Assembly (NCBI GenBank): GCA_963675525.2 | Contig: CAXXSL010000016.1 | Coordinates: 832,001-896,000 of the forward strand | DNA: 64,000 nucleotides | DNA from: Anaerohalosphaeraceae bacterium | GTDB lineage: Bacteria; Planctomycetota; Phycisphaerae; Sedimentisphaerales; Anaerohalosphaeraceae | Reading direction: 5' to 3' | Shown: one piece after another, positions 1 through 8,455 of the stretch | Layout of the letters: each line of letters opens with the position of its first letter | Numbering within the stretch: position 1 is the first letter of the stretch | Program-made: the position numbers and the translations under genes | The notes under the pieces: model-generated | Told to the model about the DNA's origin: nothing | The model's database searches: none | What the model saw: only the letters and a program-made list of their open reading frames with translations

Positions 1-5
1 AATCA

Positions 6-34
6 TTGACATCGGCTGTCTTTGGGTCTATATT
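6..34 (+). promoter_or_regulatory. sigma70-type promoter of ppdK
   Basis: TTGACA-17 nt-TATATT upstream of ppdK. Confidence 0.55.
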
Positions 35-161
35 CTACATCCTTTTACATGAGCAGAAAAAACACCATGACGGATGTTTCGGCCTGTGTGGGGCCGGGAT
101 GTGAATGTCGCACGATAAAAGCTCTAAATGAATCGTATTTAAGCAATAGGAGATTTACGAA

Positions 162-2915
162 ATGGCAAAGAAAAAAGCTGCAAAGAAGACCGCTTCAACG
201 GCCAAAGCCGGCAAGCGCGTGTATTTCTTTGGTAACGGCAAAGCCGAAGCGAACGCTAAGATGAAAGCGCTGCTCGGCGGCAAGGGTGCAAACCTGGCCG
301 AAATGACCAGTCTGGGTGTTCCGGTTCCTCCGGGATTCACTATTTCCACGCAAACCTGTTCTGACTTCAACAAACTGGGCAAAAAGTGGCCGAAAGGTCT
401 GAAGGAAGAAGTGGCCAAGAACGTCGCCAAGCTGGAAAAAGCAATGAACGCAAAATTCGGCGATCCCAAGAAACCGCTGCTGGTTTCGGTTCGTTCCGGT
501 GCAGCCGTTTCGATGCCCGGTATGATGGACACCGTCCTGAACCTGGGTCTCAACGACAAGGTTGTTGCGGGTATCATTGAAAAAACCGGCAACGCTCGTT
601 TCGCTTATGACATCTATCGCCGTTTCATCGATATGTTCGGTGACGTGGTCATGGGCTGTCATCATGAACACTTCGAACACGCCATTGACGCTGCCAAGAA
701 AAAAGCCAAGGTTGCCAATGACAATGAACTGACGGCTGAACAACTCGCTGAAGTTGTTGAGGATTACAAAAAGATCTACAAAAAAGACGTTGGGAAAATG
801 TTCCCGCAGGATCCAATGGAACAGCTGACTTATTCCATCAACGCCGTCTTCGGCAGTTGGGACGCACCTCGTGCCGTCCGTTACCGCCAGATGGAAAAAA
901 TCACGGGTCTGCTGGGCACCGCCGTTAACGTCCAGGCGATGGTCTTCGGTAACATGGGCGACGATTGCGGCACGGGTGTTTGCTTTACGCGTAACCCCTC
1001 CACGGGTAAGAAAGAGTTCTACGGCGAATACCTCATTAACGCTCAGGGCGAAGACGTGGTCGCTGGTATCCGGACGCCTCTGGATCTGAAGCACCTGAAG
1101 AAGGATATGCCCAAGGCTTACAAAGAACTGACCAGCTTGATGACCAAGATGGAGAAGCATTACAAAGATATGCAGGACATGGAATTCACCATTCAGGAAA
1201 AAGTCCTGTACATCCTGCAAACGCGTAACGGTAAGCGTACCGCCGAAGCGGCTATCACCAACGCCGTTGACATGGTCAAAGAAAAAATGATCAAGCCCCA
1301 AGAAGCTGTGATGCGTGTCACACCGGAACAGCTCGACCGTTTGCTGCACCCCAGTTTTGACACCAAGGCCACTCGCAACGTGATCGCCACCGGACTTCCC
1401 GCTTCGCCGGGTGCCGCAGTTGGCCAGGTCGTCTTTGATGCAGAGGTCGCTGAGGCATGGGCCAAAGCAGGCAAGACCGTCATTTTGGTTCGTATCGAAA
1501 CCAGCCCCGAAGACATCGGTGGTATGGATGCGGCGGTGGGTATCCTGACCCAACGCGGCGGCATGACTTCTCACGCAGCGGTTGTTGCTCGTGGTATGGG
1601 TAAGTGCTGCGTTGCCGGTGCTGGTGATGTTGTCATTAACTACAAAAATAAATCCTTCGCCGTTGGCAAGACCACGGTTAAAGAAGGCGACTGGATCAGC
1701 CTCGAAGGTACTCAGGGCCAGGTCATTCTCGGAAAGGTTCCGACGGTTGAGCCGAAGCTGAGTGGTTCGTTTGGCCAGTTCCTGACAATGTGCGACAAGA
1801 TCCGCACACTGGGTGTTCGCACGAATGCTGACACCCCGGGCGACAGCAAGCGGGCACGTGATTTCGGCGCTGAAGGCATTGGCCTGACACGCACCGAACA
1901 CATGTTCTTCGAAGGCGAACGCATCTGGCCCGTACGCGAAATGATTCTGGCGGCCGATGACTATGCCGCACTGCTGACCGGCTTAGCTGACACCGAAGAT
2001 AAAAAAGAAATCGCGGCACTGAACAAACAGTATGCCGGCGCCAAGAAGCAGTTCGAAGGCGCACTGAAGAAACTGCTGCCGTATCAGCGTCAGGACTTTG
2101 TCGGTATCTTTAAGGCGATGGCTGGGCTGCCGGTAACCGTTCGCCTGTTGGATCCTCCGCTGCATGAGTTCCTGCCGCAGGAAGAAGCCAACCAAAAGGA
2201 AATGGCTAAACGCCTGAAGGTTTCGCCGAAGGTGGTTAAAGAACAGGTTGAAGCGCTGCATGAGTTCAACCCGATGCTGGGCCACCGTGGTTGCCGTCTG
2301 GCAATCACCTATCCGGCGATCTACCGGATGCAGGCACGTGCGATCATGGAAGCGGCTTTACAGGTGAAGAAGTCCGGCAAGAAGGTGCTGCCGGAAATCA
2401 TGATCCCGCTGATCGGTTCGGTGAAGGAACTGGCGATCGTTAAGGCTGACGTCATCGACGAAATCCAGCAGGTCTTCAAGGAAAAGAAAGCCAAGATGCC
2501 GTATATGGTCGGCACGATGATCGAAATCCCGCGTGCAGCACTGACCGCTGACGAAGTCGCGACCGAAGCGGAGTTCTTCAGCTTCGGCACCAACGACCTG
2601 ACCCAGATGGCGATGGGCTTTAGCCGGGACGATGCGGGCAAGTTCCTCGGCGAATATGTCAAGCAGGGAATTTACGCGGTTGACCCGTTCCAGGCACTGG
2701 ACCAGAGCGGCGTTGGCAAACTGGTTGAGATGGGCGTTAAGCTCGGTCGCAAGACCAACAAGAAGCTCAAATGCGGTATCTGCGGCGAGCATGGCGGTGA
2801 GCCGAGCAGCATCGATTTCTGCCACCGCGCCGGCCTGAATTATGTAAGCTGTTCTCCGTTCCGCGTGCCGATCGCACGTCTGGCAGCAGCGCAGGCGGCC
2901 ATTCGCAACAAGTAA
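162..2915 (+). CDS. ppdK: pyruvate, phosphate dikinase
   Basis: 917 aa; LLGGKGANLAEM, SVRSGA, GGMTSHAAVVARG (phospho-His), EFFSFGTNDLTQ, GICGEHGG; AGGAG RBS. Confidence 0.98.
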   Translation: MAKKKAAKKTASTAKAGKRVYFFGNGKAEANAKMKALLGGKGANLAEMTSLGVPVPPGFTISTQTCSDFNKLGKKWPKGLKEEVAKNVAKLEKAMNAKFGDPKKPLLVSVRSGAAVSMPGMMDTVLNLGLNDKVVAGIIEKTGNARFAYDIYRRFIDMFGDVVMGCHHEHFEHAIDAAKKKAKVANDNELTAEQLAEVVEDYKKIYKKDVGKMFPQDPMEQLTYSINAVFGSWDAPRAVRYRQMEKITGLLGTAVNVQAMVFGNMGDDCGTGVCFTRNPSTGKKEFYGEYLINAQGEDVVAGIRTPLDLKHLKKDMPKAYKELTSLMTKMEKHYKDMQDMEFTIQEKVLYILQTRNGKRTAEAAITNAVDMVKEKMIKPQEAVMRVTPEQLDRLLHPSFDTKATRNVIATGLPASPGAAVGQVVFDAEVAEAWAKAGKTVILVRIETSPEDIGGMDAAVGILTQRGGMTSHAAVVARGMGKCCVAGAGDVVINYKNKSFAVGKTTVKEGDWISLEGTQGQVILGKVPTVEPKLSGSFGQFLTMCDKIRTLGVRTNADTPGDSKRARDFGAEGIGLTRTEHMFFEGERIWPVREMILAADDYAALLTGLADTEDKKEIAALNKQYAGAKKQFEGALKKLLPYQRQDFVGIFKAMAGLPVTVRLLDPPLHEFLPQEEANQKEMAKRLKVSPKVVKEQVEALHEFNPMLGHRGCRLAITYPAIYRMQARAIMEAALQVKKSGKKVLPEIMIPLIGSVKELAIVKADVIDEIQQVFKEKKAKMPYMVGTMIEIPRAALTADEVATEAEFFSFGTNDLTQMAMGFSRDDAGKFLGEYVKQGIYAVDPFQALDQSGVGKLVEMGVKLGRKTNKKLKCGICGEHGGEPSSIDFCHRAGLNYVSCSPFRVPIARLAAAQAAIRNK

Positions 2916-2940
2916 GCGAAGCTTACATCAGAAGCAACCC

Positions 2941-2975
2941 AAAGGGTGTGTCCAAAAAGGGCACGCCCTTTTTTT
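2941..2975 (+). terminator. intrinsic terminator after ppdK
   Basis: AAAGGGTGTGTCC-loop-GGGCACGCCCTTT followed by T run. Confidence 0.8.
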
Positions 2976-3010
2976 ATTGGATATTGTCAATTGTAGATTG
3001 TATATTGATA
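2976..3010. repeat. heptamer tandem repeat (ATTGnnn)x5
   Basis: attggat attgtca attgtag attgtat attgata. Confidence 0.65.
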
Positions 3011-3036
3011 CCCATATTCGAAATTGTTCCGGTCAT

Positions 3037-3100
3037 GTCACCCCCGCGCAGGCGGGGGTCCAGAATGAAACAGGTGGATTCACGCCTTCGCGGGAATGAC
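3037..3100. repeat. REP-like palindromic element (GTCA..CCCGCGCAGGCGGG..TCCA / TGGATT..CGCC.TCGCGGGAATGAC type)
   Basis: imperfect inverted arms gtcacccccgcgcaggcgggggtcca and tggattcacgccttcgcgggaatgac. Confidence 0.75.
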
Positions 3101-3132
3101 AATCAATGGTACACAACGGAAAGGGACAAAGA

Positions 3133-3903
3133 ATGGGAGATAACAAGAATTCCAGTAACACTGTTCGTTTGGCTAAGCTTTCATTTATTTTTGTTCTGAT
3201 TGAAACGGGCATCATTCTTCTTGTTTTCGCACTCAATCAAATCGAAAAACAGATAGGTTCTGATCACTTTATTTTTATGCTCTTATCACCACTTCTCGGC
3301 ATTTTGGCTCTCGTTTTTTTAATCGGTCCGTTAGTGATTTTTGTTATTGGCTCGATTTCTTTTGTAAAGCTGCTCAAAGCCAAAGTGAAGGGAACTAAAC
3401 CTTACTTTTATGTTTTTGTTTCTCTGGCATTTGGTATGATATTCTATGGATTTTGTGTTGGTTCCGTGGTTAACAAGTACATGGAAGCTTGCGCTAAGGG
3501 ACGTGAAATAGCCTGTAAAGCTCATATCATAACATTAGCAGCTAATTGCTCCTCTTATCAAGTCTTCTATGATCTTTGGCCAGAAAAGAATTCATGGTGT
3601 GATCAAATAAAGTCTGTTCATGATTTTGAAGAGATACACCTTCAATGTCCTTTTGACAAACTCGGCCCGTGCAGTTATGCGATGAATGAGAATATCCCGG
3701 CGGATGCGAATGAGTTGCCGGGGGATTTGGTTTTGCTGTTTGAAAGTGCGCCGGGGTGGAACCAAGTTGGTGGGCCGGACGATGTTGTGACCGACCGGCA
3801 CGGCAAACCCGGTGCGAATATCGCTTTTGCTGATGGGCGTGTTGAATTTGTCGCCGCCGAAGACATTCCCAATCTGCGGTGGACGGTGGAGACGCAGGAA
3901 TAA
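3133..3903 (+). CDS. membrane protein with C-terminal H-X9-DG (prepilin-processing-associated) motif
   Basis: three hydrophobic N-terminal segments; C-terminal SYAMNE...RHGKPGANIAFADGRVEF; ATG 3133 chosen as start (ORF open from 3106). Confidence 0.8.
   Translation: MGDNKNSSNTVRLAKLSFIFVLIETGIILLVFALNQIEKQIGSDHFIFMLLSPLLGILALVFLIGPLVIFVIGSISFVKLLKAKVKGTKPYFYVFVSLAFGMIFYGFCVGSVVNKYMEACAKGREIACKAHIITLAANCSSYQVFYDLWPEKNSWCDQIKSVHDFEEIHLQCPFDKLGPCSYAMNENIPADANELPGDLVLLFESAPGWNQVGGPDDVVTDRHGKPGANIAFADGRVEFVAAEDIPNLRWTVETQE
3662..3890 (+). repeat. 229-bp direct repeat, copy 1 (3' module of H-X9-DG genes)
   Basis: colinear without indels with 5135-5363; only 4 mismatches in the first 100 bp. Confidence 0.9.
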
Positions 3904-3985
3904 CGGAAAGCCCACATGGTATGCGTCCCCTGCGCTTCCGTCTTCGCTAAAGCTGCGACGGACAAGGGCGCTTCGGGCTTTTGTT
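3902..3985. repeat. degenerate REP doublet with a nested second palindrome
   Basis: AAC..AAAGCCC...GCGCTTCGGGCTTTTGTT ends like 5365-5462 and 5996-6093; internal ccgtcttcgctaaagctgcgacgg. Confidence 0.6.
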
Positions 3986-4027
3986 TTTTTATGGACAGTT
4001 TCCGGTTTTTTGTTGTATAATCAGGAT

Positions 4028-4294
4028 ATGATAAGCAAGGCAGATACATTTTCCGGCGATACATCCAAAGACGCAGCGGCCAAGCAGGTCGAGGTGCTGC
4101 GCAACATGGGGCTGGAGGGCCGGGCCAGGCGGACGTTTCAACTCTGCGACAACCTGCGTGAAGTCACCAAAGCCGGCATTCGCCATCGTCATCCCGATTA
4201 TACGGAACGACAGGTCACGCAGGCCTACCTGCGGTTGATCTGTGATGAGAAACTTTTCCGGGAAATGTTTCCGGGTTGTGAGATTGCAGTATGA
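4028..4294 (+). CDS. small helical protein, probable partner (antitoxin-like) of the downstream nucleotidyltransferase
   Basis: 88 aa from ATG 4028 just after TGGACA-18-TATAAT; ATGA overlap with next gene; AGIRHRHPDY motif. Confidence 0.7.
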   Translation: MISKADTFSGDTSKDAAAKQVEVLRNMGLEGRARRTFQLCDNLREVTKAGIRHRHPDYTERQVTQAYLRLICDEKLFREMFPGCEIAV

Positions 4295-4851
4295 CCGAAC
4301 AAAACGCATTTCTTGCACGCATCATCAAGGCATTGAACAATGCTAATATTCCGTACATGATTTCCGGTTCGGTTGCCAGCAGTTTTCACGGCCAGCCGCG
4401 GGCGACCAACGATGCGGATATTGTGATTGATCCGATACGCGAACAACTGCTGACGTTTGTGGAGTCGCTGGGGCCGGATTGTTATGTCAGCAAAGATGCC
4501 GCGGCGCAGGCCATAGAAAACAACGCGATGTTTAATATTATCGACATTGAATCCGGCAGTAAAGCCGATTTAATCATCCGCAAAAAACGCCCGTTCAGCC
4601 TGCAGGAATTTGAGAGAAGAACGCCGGTTACGTTTTCCCACATGCAAGCTTATGTACTCACGCCGGAGGACTCTATTTTGAGTAAACTCGAATGGAGCAA
4701 AGGCCGTCTGTCAGACACACAATTCAAAGATGCTTTAGGCGTACTTCTCGCCCAGAAAGACACACTGGATTTCGACTATCTGAAACACTGGGCTAAAGAA
4801 TTAGGCGTTGAAGATGAATTGAAGCAATTGATGGAGGCGGCGGAAAAATAG
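4291..4851 (+). CDS. nucleotidyltransferase-fold protein (DUF6036-like)
   Basis: 186 aa; ISGSVASSFHGQPRATNDADIVI (GS and DxD motifs), PEDSILSKLEW, LDFDYLKHWA. Confidence 0.8.
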   Translation: MTEQNAFLARIIKALNNANIPYMISGSVASSFHGQPRATNDADIVIDPIREQLLTFVESLGPDCYVSKDAAAQAIENNAMFNIIDIESGSKADLIIRKKRPFSLQEFERRTPVTFSHMQAYVLTPEDSILSKLEWSKGRLSDTQFKDALGVLLAQKDTLDFDYLKHWAKELGVEDELKQLMEAAEK

Positions 4852-4863
4852 AAGGGGCATTCG

Positions 4864-5385
4864 ATGGAAGAAAAGAAGAAATCACATAAAATTATTTGGT
4901 TTGTTGTTTGTTTTATTCTTCTTGCTTTAATTTTCGCCATTATATTACCTGCCTTTAGGAAGGCGAAAGATAGTGGCCTTGGCTATGTCAGAACCAAATG
5001 TATGGCCAATACCAGAACGATAGCCCTCACCTGTATAATCTACCAAGACGAAGAATGTTTATGGCCGGAAAAAGCACAATGGTGTGACTTGACAACACCT
5101 TATGAGAATGATTATCAATGTCCAACAGATAACATCGGCCCGTGCAGTTATGCGATGAATGAGAACATCCCGGCGGATGCGAATGAGTTGCCGGGGGATT
5201 TGGTGCTGCTGTTTGAGAGTGCGCCGGGGTGGAATACTATCGGCGGTTCTGACGATGTGGTAACGGATCGCCACGGCGGACCCGGTGCGAATATCGCCTT
5301 TGCCGACGGGCATGTGGAATTTGTAGAAGCCGAAGAGATTCCCAACCTGCGGTGGACGGTGGAAAACAAAAGCACGGAACGGTAG
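4864..5385 (+). CDS. H-X9-DG motif protein, paralogue of 3133-3903
   Basis: 173 aa; single N-terminal TM with pilin-like ILLALIFAIILPAFRKAK; RHGGPGANIAFADGHVEF. Confidence 0.85.
   Translation: MEEKKKSHKIIWFVVCFILLALIFAIILPAFRKAKDSGLGYVRTKCMANTRTIALTCIIYQDEECLWPEKAQWCDLTTPYENDYQCPTDNIGPCSYAMNENIPADANELPGDLVLLFESAPGWNTIGGSDDVVTDRHGGPGANIAFADGHVEFVEAEEIPNLRWTVENKSTER
5135..5363 (+). repeat. 229-bp direct repeat, copy 2
   Basis: matches 3662-3890. Confidence 0.9.
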
Positions 5386-5462
5386 TGACGTGATTGTAAG
5401 ACCGTGTGTGATTTGTATCCACCGGGTATTCCATCCCCGCGCTGCCGCTTGGGGCTTTTGTT
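5365..5462. repeat. REP doublet (REPIN-like) upstream of RAYT
   Basis: arms AACAAAAGCACGGAACGGTAGTG / CGCTGCCGCTTGGGGCTTTTGTT; whole element is a diverged direct repeat of 5996-6093. Confidence 0.8.
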
Positions 5463-5499
5463 AGGACCAAACATCTTTAAGAACGAAGCAGAGATTTAG

Positions 5500-5997
5500 A
5501 TGTATAACAAACCGCTGGCATACTTCATTACGTTTGCGACATACGGCACATGGCTTCACGGAGACTCCCGAAAAAGTGTAAAAGTTGAAAACCATCGAGC
5601 CACTTTAATTGAACCCCAAGAAATGTGTCTCAGGCATGAAAAACGATCCATGAAACATCTTGTGGTGACACTGAATAAATCCATGCGGCAAATTGTCTGC
5701 GGCGCGATTGCTGAGCGCTGTTTGTGAAAACAGTGGCGATTATACGCCGCCCATGTTCGGAGCAATCATGTGCATATTTTGGTTTATTCACCGGAGCCCA
5801 TTGACAAGATCATGACATCTCTGAAAGCCTGGGCAACCAGAAAATTAAGACAATGCGGCTATAATATCCAAAAAGTATGGACACATCACGGCAGCACAAA
5901 ATATGTGTTTACAAAAGATAAGATGTCTGAAAAAGTGCGATACATTATCCACGAACAGGGCCAAAAAATGGCCTATTATATCGATGATGGTCTTTAA
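5500..5997 (+). pseudogene. REP-associated tyrosine (Y1/HUH) transposase, RAYT, with in-frame nonsense codon
   Basis: YFITFATYGTWLHGD, NHVHILV (HUH), SLKAWATRKL, VWTHHGS, YIIHEQ; ORFs 5500-5727 and 5770-5997 share a frame, split only by TGA at 5725-5727; flanked by REP doublets. Confidence 0.85.
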
Positions 5998-6093
5998 CAA
6001 AAGCGTGGAACGGCAGTGACACGATTGCGACACTATGTGTATTCGTGAGCCACCGGGTACCCTATCCCGGCGCTTCCGCTTCGGGCTTTTGTT
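5996..6093. repeat. REP doublet (REPIN-like) downstream of RAYT
   Basis: AACAAAAGCGTGGAACGGCAGTG ... CGCTTCCGCTTCGGGCTTTTGTT. Confidence 0.8.
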
Positions 6094-6097
6094 TGTC

Positions 6098-6126
6098 TTG
6101 CGTTTTTGGGCTGAAATGGGTATAAT
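6098..6126 (+). promoter_or_regulatory. sigma70-type promoter of DAHP synthase gene
   Basis: TTGCGT-17 nt-TATAAT. Confidence 0.6.
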
Positions 6127-6175
6127 GCGGTTTTTGCGGGATGGCTGAAAACGACAGATAGAGGACTGAAAACCG

Positions 6176-7219
6176 ATGGAACTGACTGACAATCTTAATA
6201 TTAATCAATTTAAACCGCTGACCAGCCCGGACGAGATGAAGGTTGATCTGCCGGAGACCGAGGCGGCCTCGCATATCGTGGCCGAGTCGCGGCGGCAGAT
6301 CGAACAGATCCTTCGAGGGGAAGATCCCCGCCGGATGGTCATCGTCGGACCTTGCAGCCTGCATGATCTTGACGCCACGCTTGACTATGCAAGACGCCTG
6401 AAAAAGGTGCAGCAGGAGACCAGTCAGCGTGTGCTGATCGTCATGCGGGCTTATTTTGAAAAACCGCGGACAACCTTGGGGTGGAAGGGAATGCTCTACG
6501 ACCCGCATCTTGATTTATCGTATGATATTGACTTCGGCATTCGCCAGAGCCGCAAAATTCTCTGCGAGATTTCCGAGATCGGCCTGCCGTGCGCGACGGA
6601 GTTCCTGGACCCGATCGTGCCGCAGTACCTGGCTGATCTTGTCAGTTGGGCCGCCATCGGCGCCCGCACGACCGAATCGCAAATTCACCGGCAGATGGCC
6701 AGCGGCCTGTCGATGCCGATTGGTTTCAAAAACGCCACGGACGGCAATCTGAATGTGGCGCTGGACGCGATCAAGGCATCATCGAGTCCGCATTCGTTCC
6801 TCGGCATCGACCGCAACGGTAAAGTCATCATCGCCGATACCAAAGGCAACAAGTACGGCCACCTCGTCCTGCGCGGCGGCACCAATGGCCCCAACTACAG
6901 CAGTGAATACGTGGCGTTCGCTGAAATCCTGCTGCAGAAACAGCACGTTCCAAATGGCATGGTGATCGATTGCAGCCATGCCAACTCGCACAAGAATCAC
7001 AAACGTCAGCGCGAAGTGCTGTTTGACATTGCCGACCAGATCTCTGCCGGCAACAAATCCATCGCCGGGGTCATGCTTGAAAGCTTTATCGGCGAAGGCA
7101 ACCAGAGCATCGGTTCGCCCGGCGGGATGAAATACGGCGTGTCATTAACCGACAAATGCATTGGCTGGGACGAAACTGAGGAACTCATTCGTTATCTGGC
7201 AAACGCTGTGAAGGTATGA
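6176..7219 (+). CDS. aroF: 3-deoxy-7-phosphoheptulonate (DAHP) synthase, class I-alpha
   Basis: 347 aa; VGPCS, RAYFEKPRTT.GWKG, IGARTTESQIHR, GFKNATDG, IDCSHANS; aroF/G/H isozyme not resolvable. Confidence 0.95.
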   Translation: MELTDNLNINQFKPLTSPDEMKVDLPETEAASHIVAESRRQIEQILRGEDPRRMVIVGPCSLHDLDATLDYARRLKKVQQETSQRVLIVMRAYFEKPRTTLGWKGMLYDPHLDLSYDIDFGIRQSRKILCEISEIGLPCATEFLDPIVPQYLADLVSWAAIGARTTESQIHRQMASGLSMPIGFKNATDGNLNVALDAIKASSSPHSFLGIDRNGKVIIADTKGNKYGHLVLRGGTNGPNYSSEYVAFAEILLQKQHVPNGMVIDCSHANSHKNHKRQREVLFDIADQISAGNKSIAGVMLESFIGEGNQSIGSPGGMKYGVSLTDKCIGWDETEELIRYLANAVKV

Positions 7220-7273
7220 TCCATCGGTCGTGCAGCGTTGAATACTCAATGAATCTTCTTTTTAAGGATCGCA

Positions 7274-7654
7274 ATGATGAAACAGATAAAAATCCGGCAA
7301 AAAACTGTCGTATTACTTACACTGGTCTGTGTTTGTGTATTGGTTGCAGGCGGGTGCACCTGGTCCAAAAACCTTAAATCCTGCCGACAGCAAAACCAGG
7401 TTCTTGCACAACAGATCACAGATCTGGAATACCAGTTAGCACAGGCTGACAAAGCCGCAACGGTTCAAACGACTTATACTCAAACGCCTGCGGACAACGC
7501 CACGTATTTGGTGGTCGAAGGTGACAGTTTGTGGCGTATTGCCACCCAACAGCTTGGAAGCGGCAAGCGTTATAAAGAAATCCTGGCGCTGAATCCGCAG
7601 ATTAACCAAAACAGTCTGGCCATTGGGACAGTCCTGAAGCTTCCGCCCAAATAA
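7274..7654 (+). CDS. LysM peptidoglycan-binding lipoprotein
   Basis: lipobox-like VAGGC; YLVVEGDSLWRIATQQLG...ILALNP...LAIGTVLKLP. Confidence 0.88.
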   Translation: MMKQIKIRQKTVVLLTLVCVCVLVAGGCTWSKNLKSCRQQNQVLAQQITDLEYQLAQADKAATVQTTYTQTPADNATYLVVEGDSLWRIATQQLGSGKRYKEILALNPQINQNSLAIGTVLKLPPK

Positions 7655-7810
7655 CAGGTCTCCGACGATGGGAACGAAACCGAGGCACTCATTTGCCGCC
7701 TGGCAAGCGCCGTACCCGTGTAATAACATTCTCAGCGAACAATGCCCTAAACGCAGGAATGAGCGAATCTATGACGGATATTTAAACCGCATTCACATTG
7801 AGAACAAGCA

Positions 7811-8449
7811 ATGACTATTAACGGTGTCAGAGCATTTGGTAAAAAAAATGAAACCTTCCGCTATCCGGGAGATTTCGTTTATCTATTCCAACCTCTGATT
7901 CCTTATCTCCAAAACACTGCTGTATTTGGCTCTGAGTTGCAAATATGTCTTACGAGCGCATTTCGCGAACAGTTATTCAAGGGCATGACACTTGAAGAAA
8001 TAAAGAGTAGAAAACTTACTCCTGCCGAAAAACAGGACGCTCTCAGGCTTTCAAAGCAAGAAGATGAATTATGTGAAAAACTGGAGGCTCTCAAGCTGGC
8101 TGAAAATGTTAGTGATTCGGGTGTTATTTCCGCTGCTTATTATGGACCGGGGTTTTTTCCGAAATATGCAAAATTCCTTCAGGATGACTGGAATACAGTG
8201 ATTTGTTTTAAGAAGCCTTTTCCTGATTATCAGGAATTATGTGATATATATTATACATCAAAAATTTCTGCTAAAGAATTACGACAAAAATACAAAGCCT
8301 TGTCTTTTTATATGTTGTTCCAGAATATTGATGCATGGGGCTGGGAAGCTTATGTTCCTGACCAAGAATTGTATCAAAAATTAGTCGATTATCTTGACAA
8401 AAAGCACACAAGATATGAACGATTGGATTTTGATCGAGATTTCTCCTAA
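7811..8449 (+). CDS. hypothetical protein (AT-rich)
   Basis: 212-aa ORF ending 6 nt before mnmA; no motif recognised. Confidence 0.6.
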   Translation: MTINGVRAFGKKNETFRYPGDFVYLFQPLIPYLQNTAVFGSELQICLTSAFREQLFKGMTLEEIKSRKLTPAEKQDALRLSKQEDELCEKLEALKLAENVSDSGVISAAYYGPGFFPKYAKFLQDDWNTVICFKKPFPDYQELCDIYYTSKISAKELRQKYKALSFYMLFQNIDAWGWEAYVPDQELYQKLVDYLDKKHTRYERLDFDRDFS

Positions 8450-8455
8450 CTTCCT

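Noticed and set aside
195..1901. 568-aa minus-strand ORF, and similar long antisense ORFs at 12595-13644, 29681-30826 and 62327-63400
   Set aside because: Shadows of ppdK, tyrS, ilvB and kamA caused by codon bias; no protein motifs.
3662..5363. Template/variable repeat pair of a diversity-generating retroelement
   Set aside because: Mismatches involve all four bases rather than adenines only, both copies are coding, and no reverse transcriptase is present.
5725..5727. Selenocysteine or recoded TGA in the RAYT
   Set aside because: The position does not look like a conserved Cys, no convincing SECIS hairpin follows, and TGA is a normal stop in other genes here.
3898..6097. Bona fide integron or CALIN array
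   Set aside because: No tyrosine integrase; arms are equal length with paired spacers and no clear extrahelical bases; RAYT association favours REPs. Kept only as an alternative in the findings.
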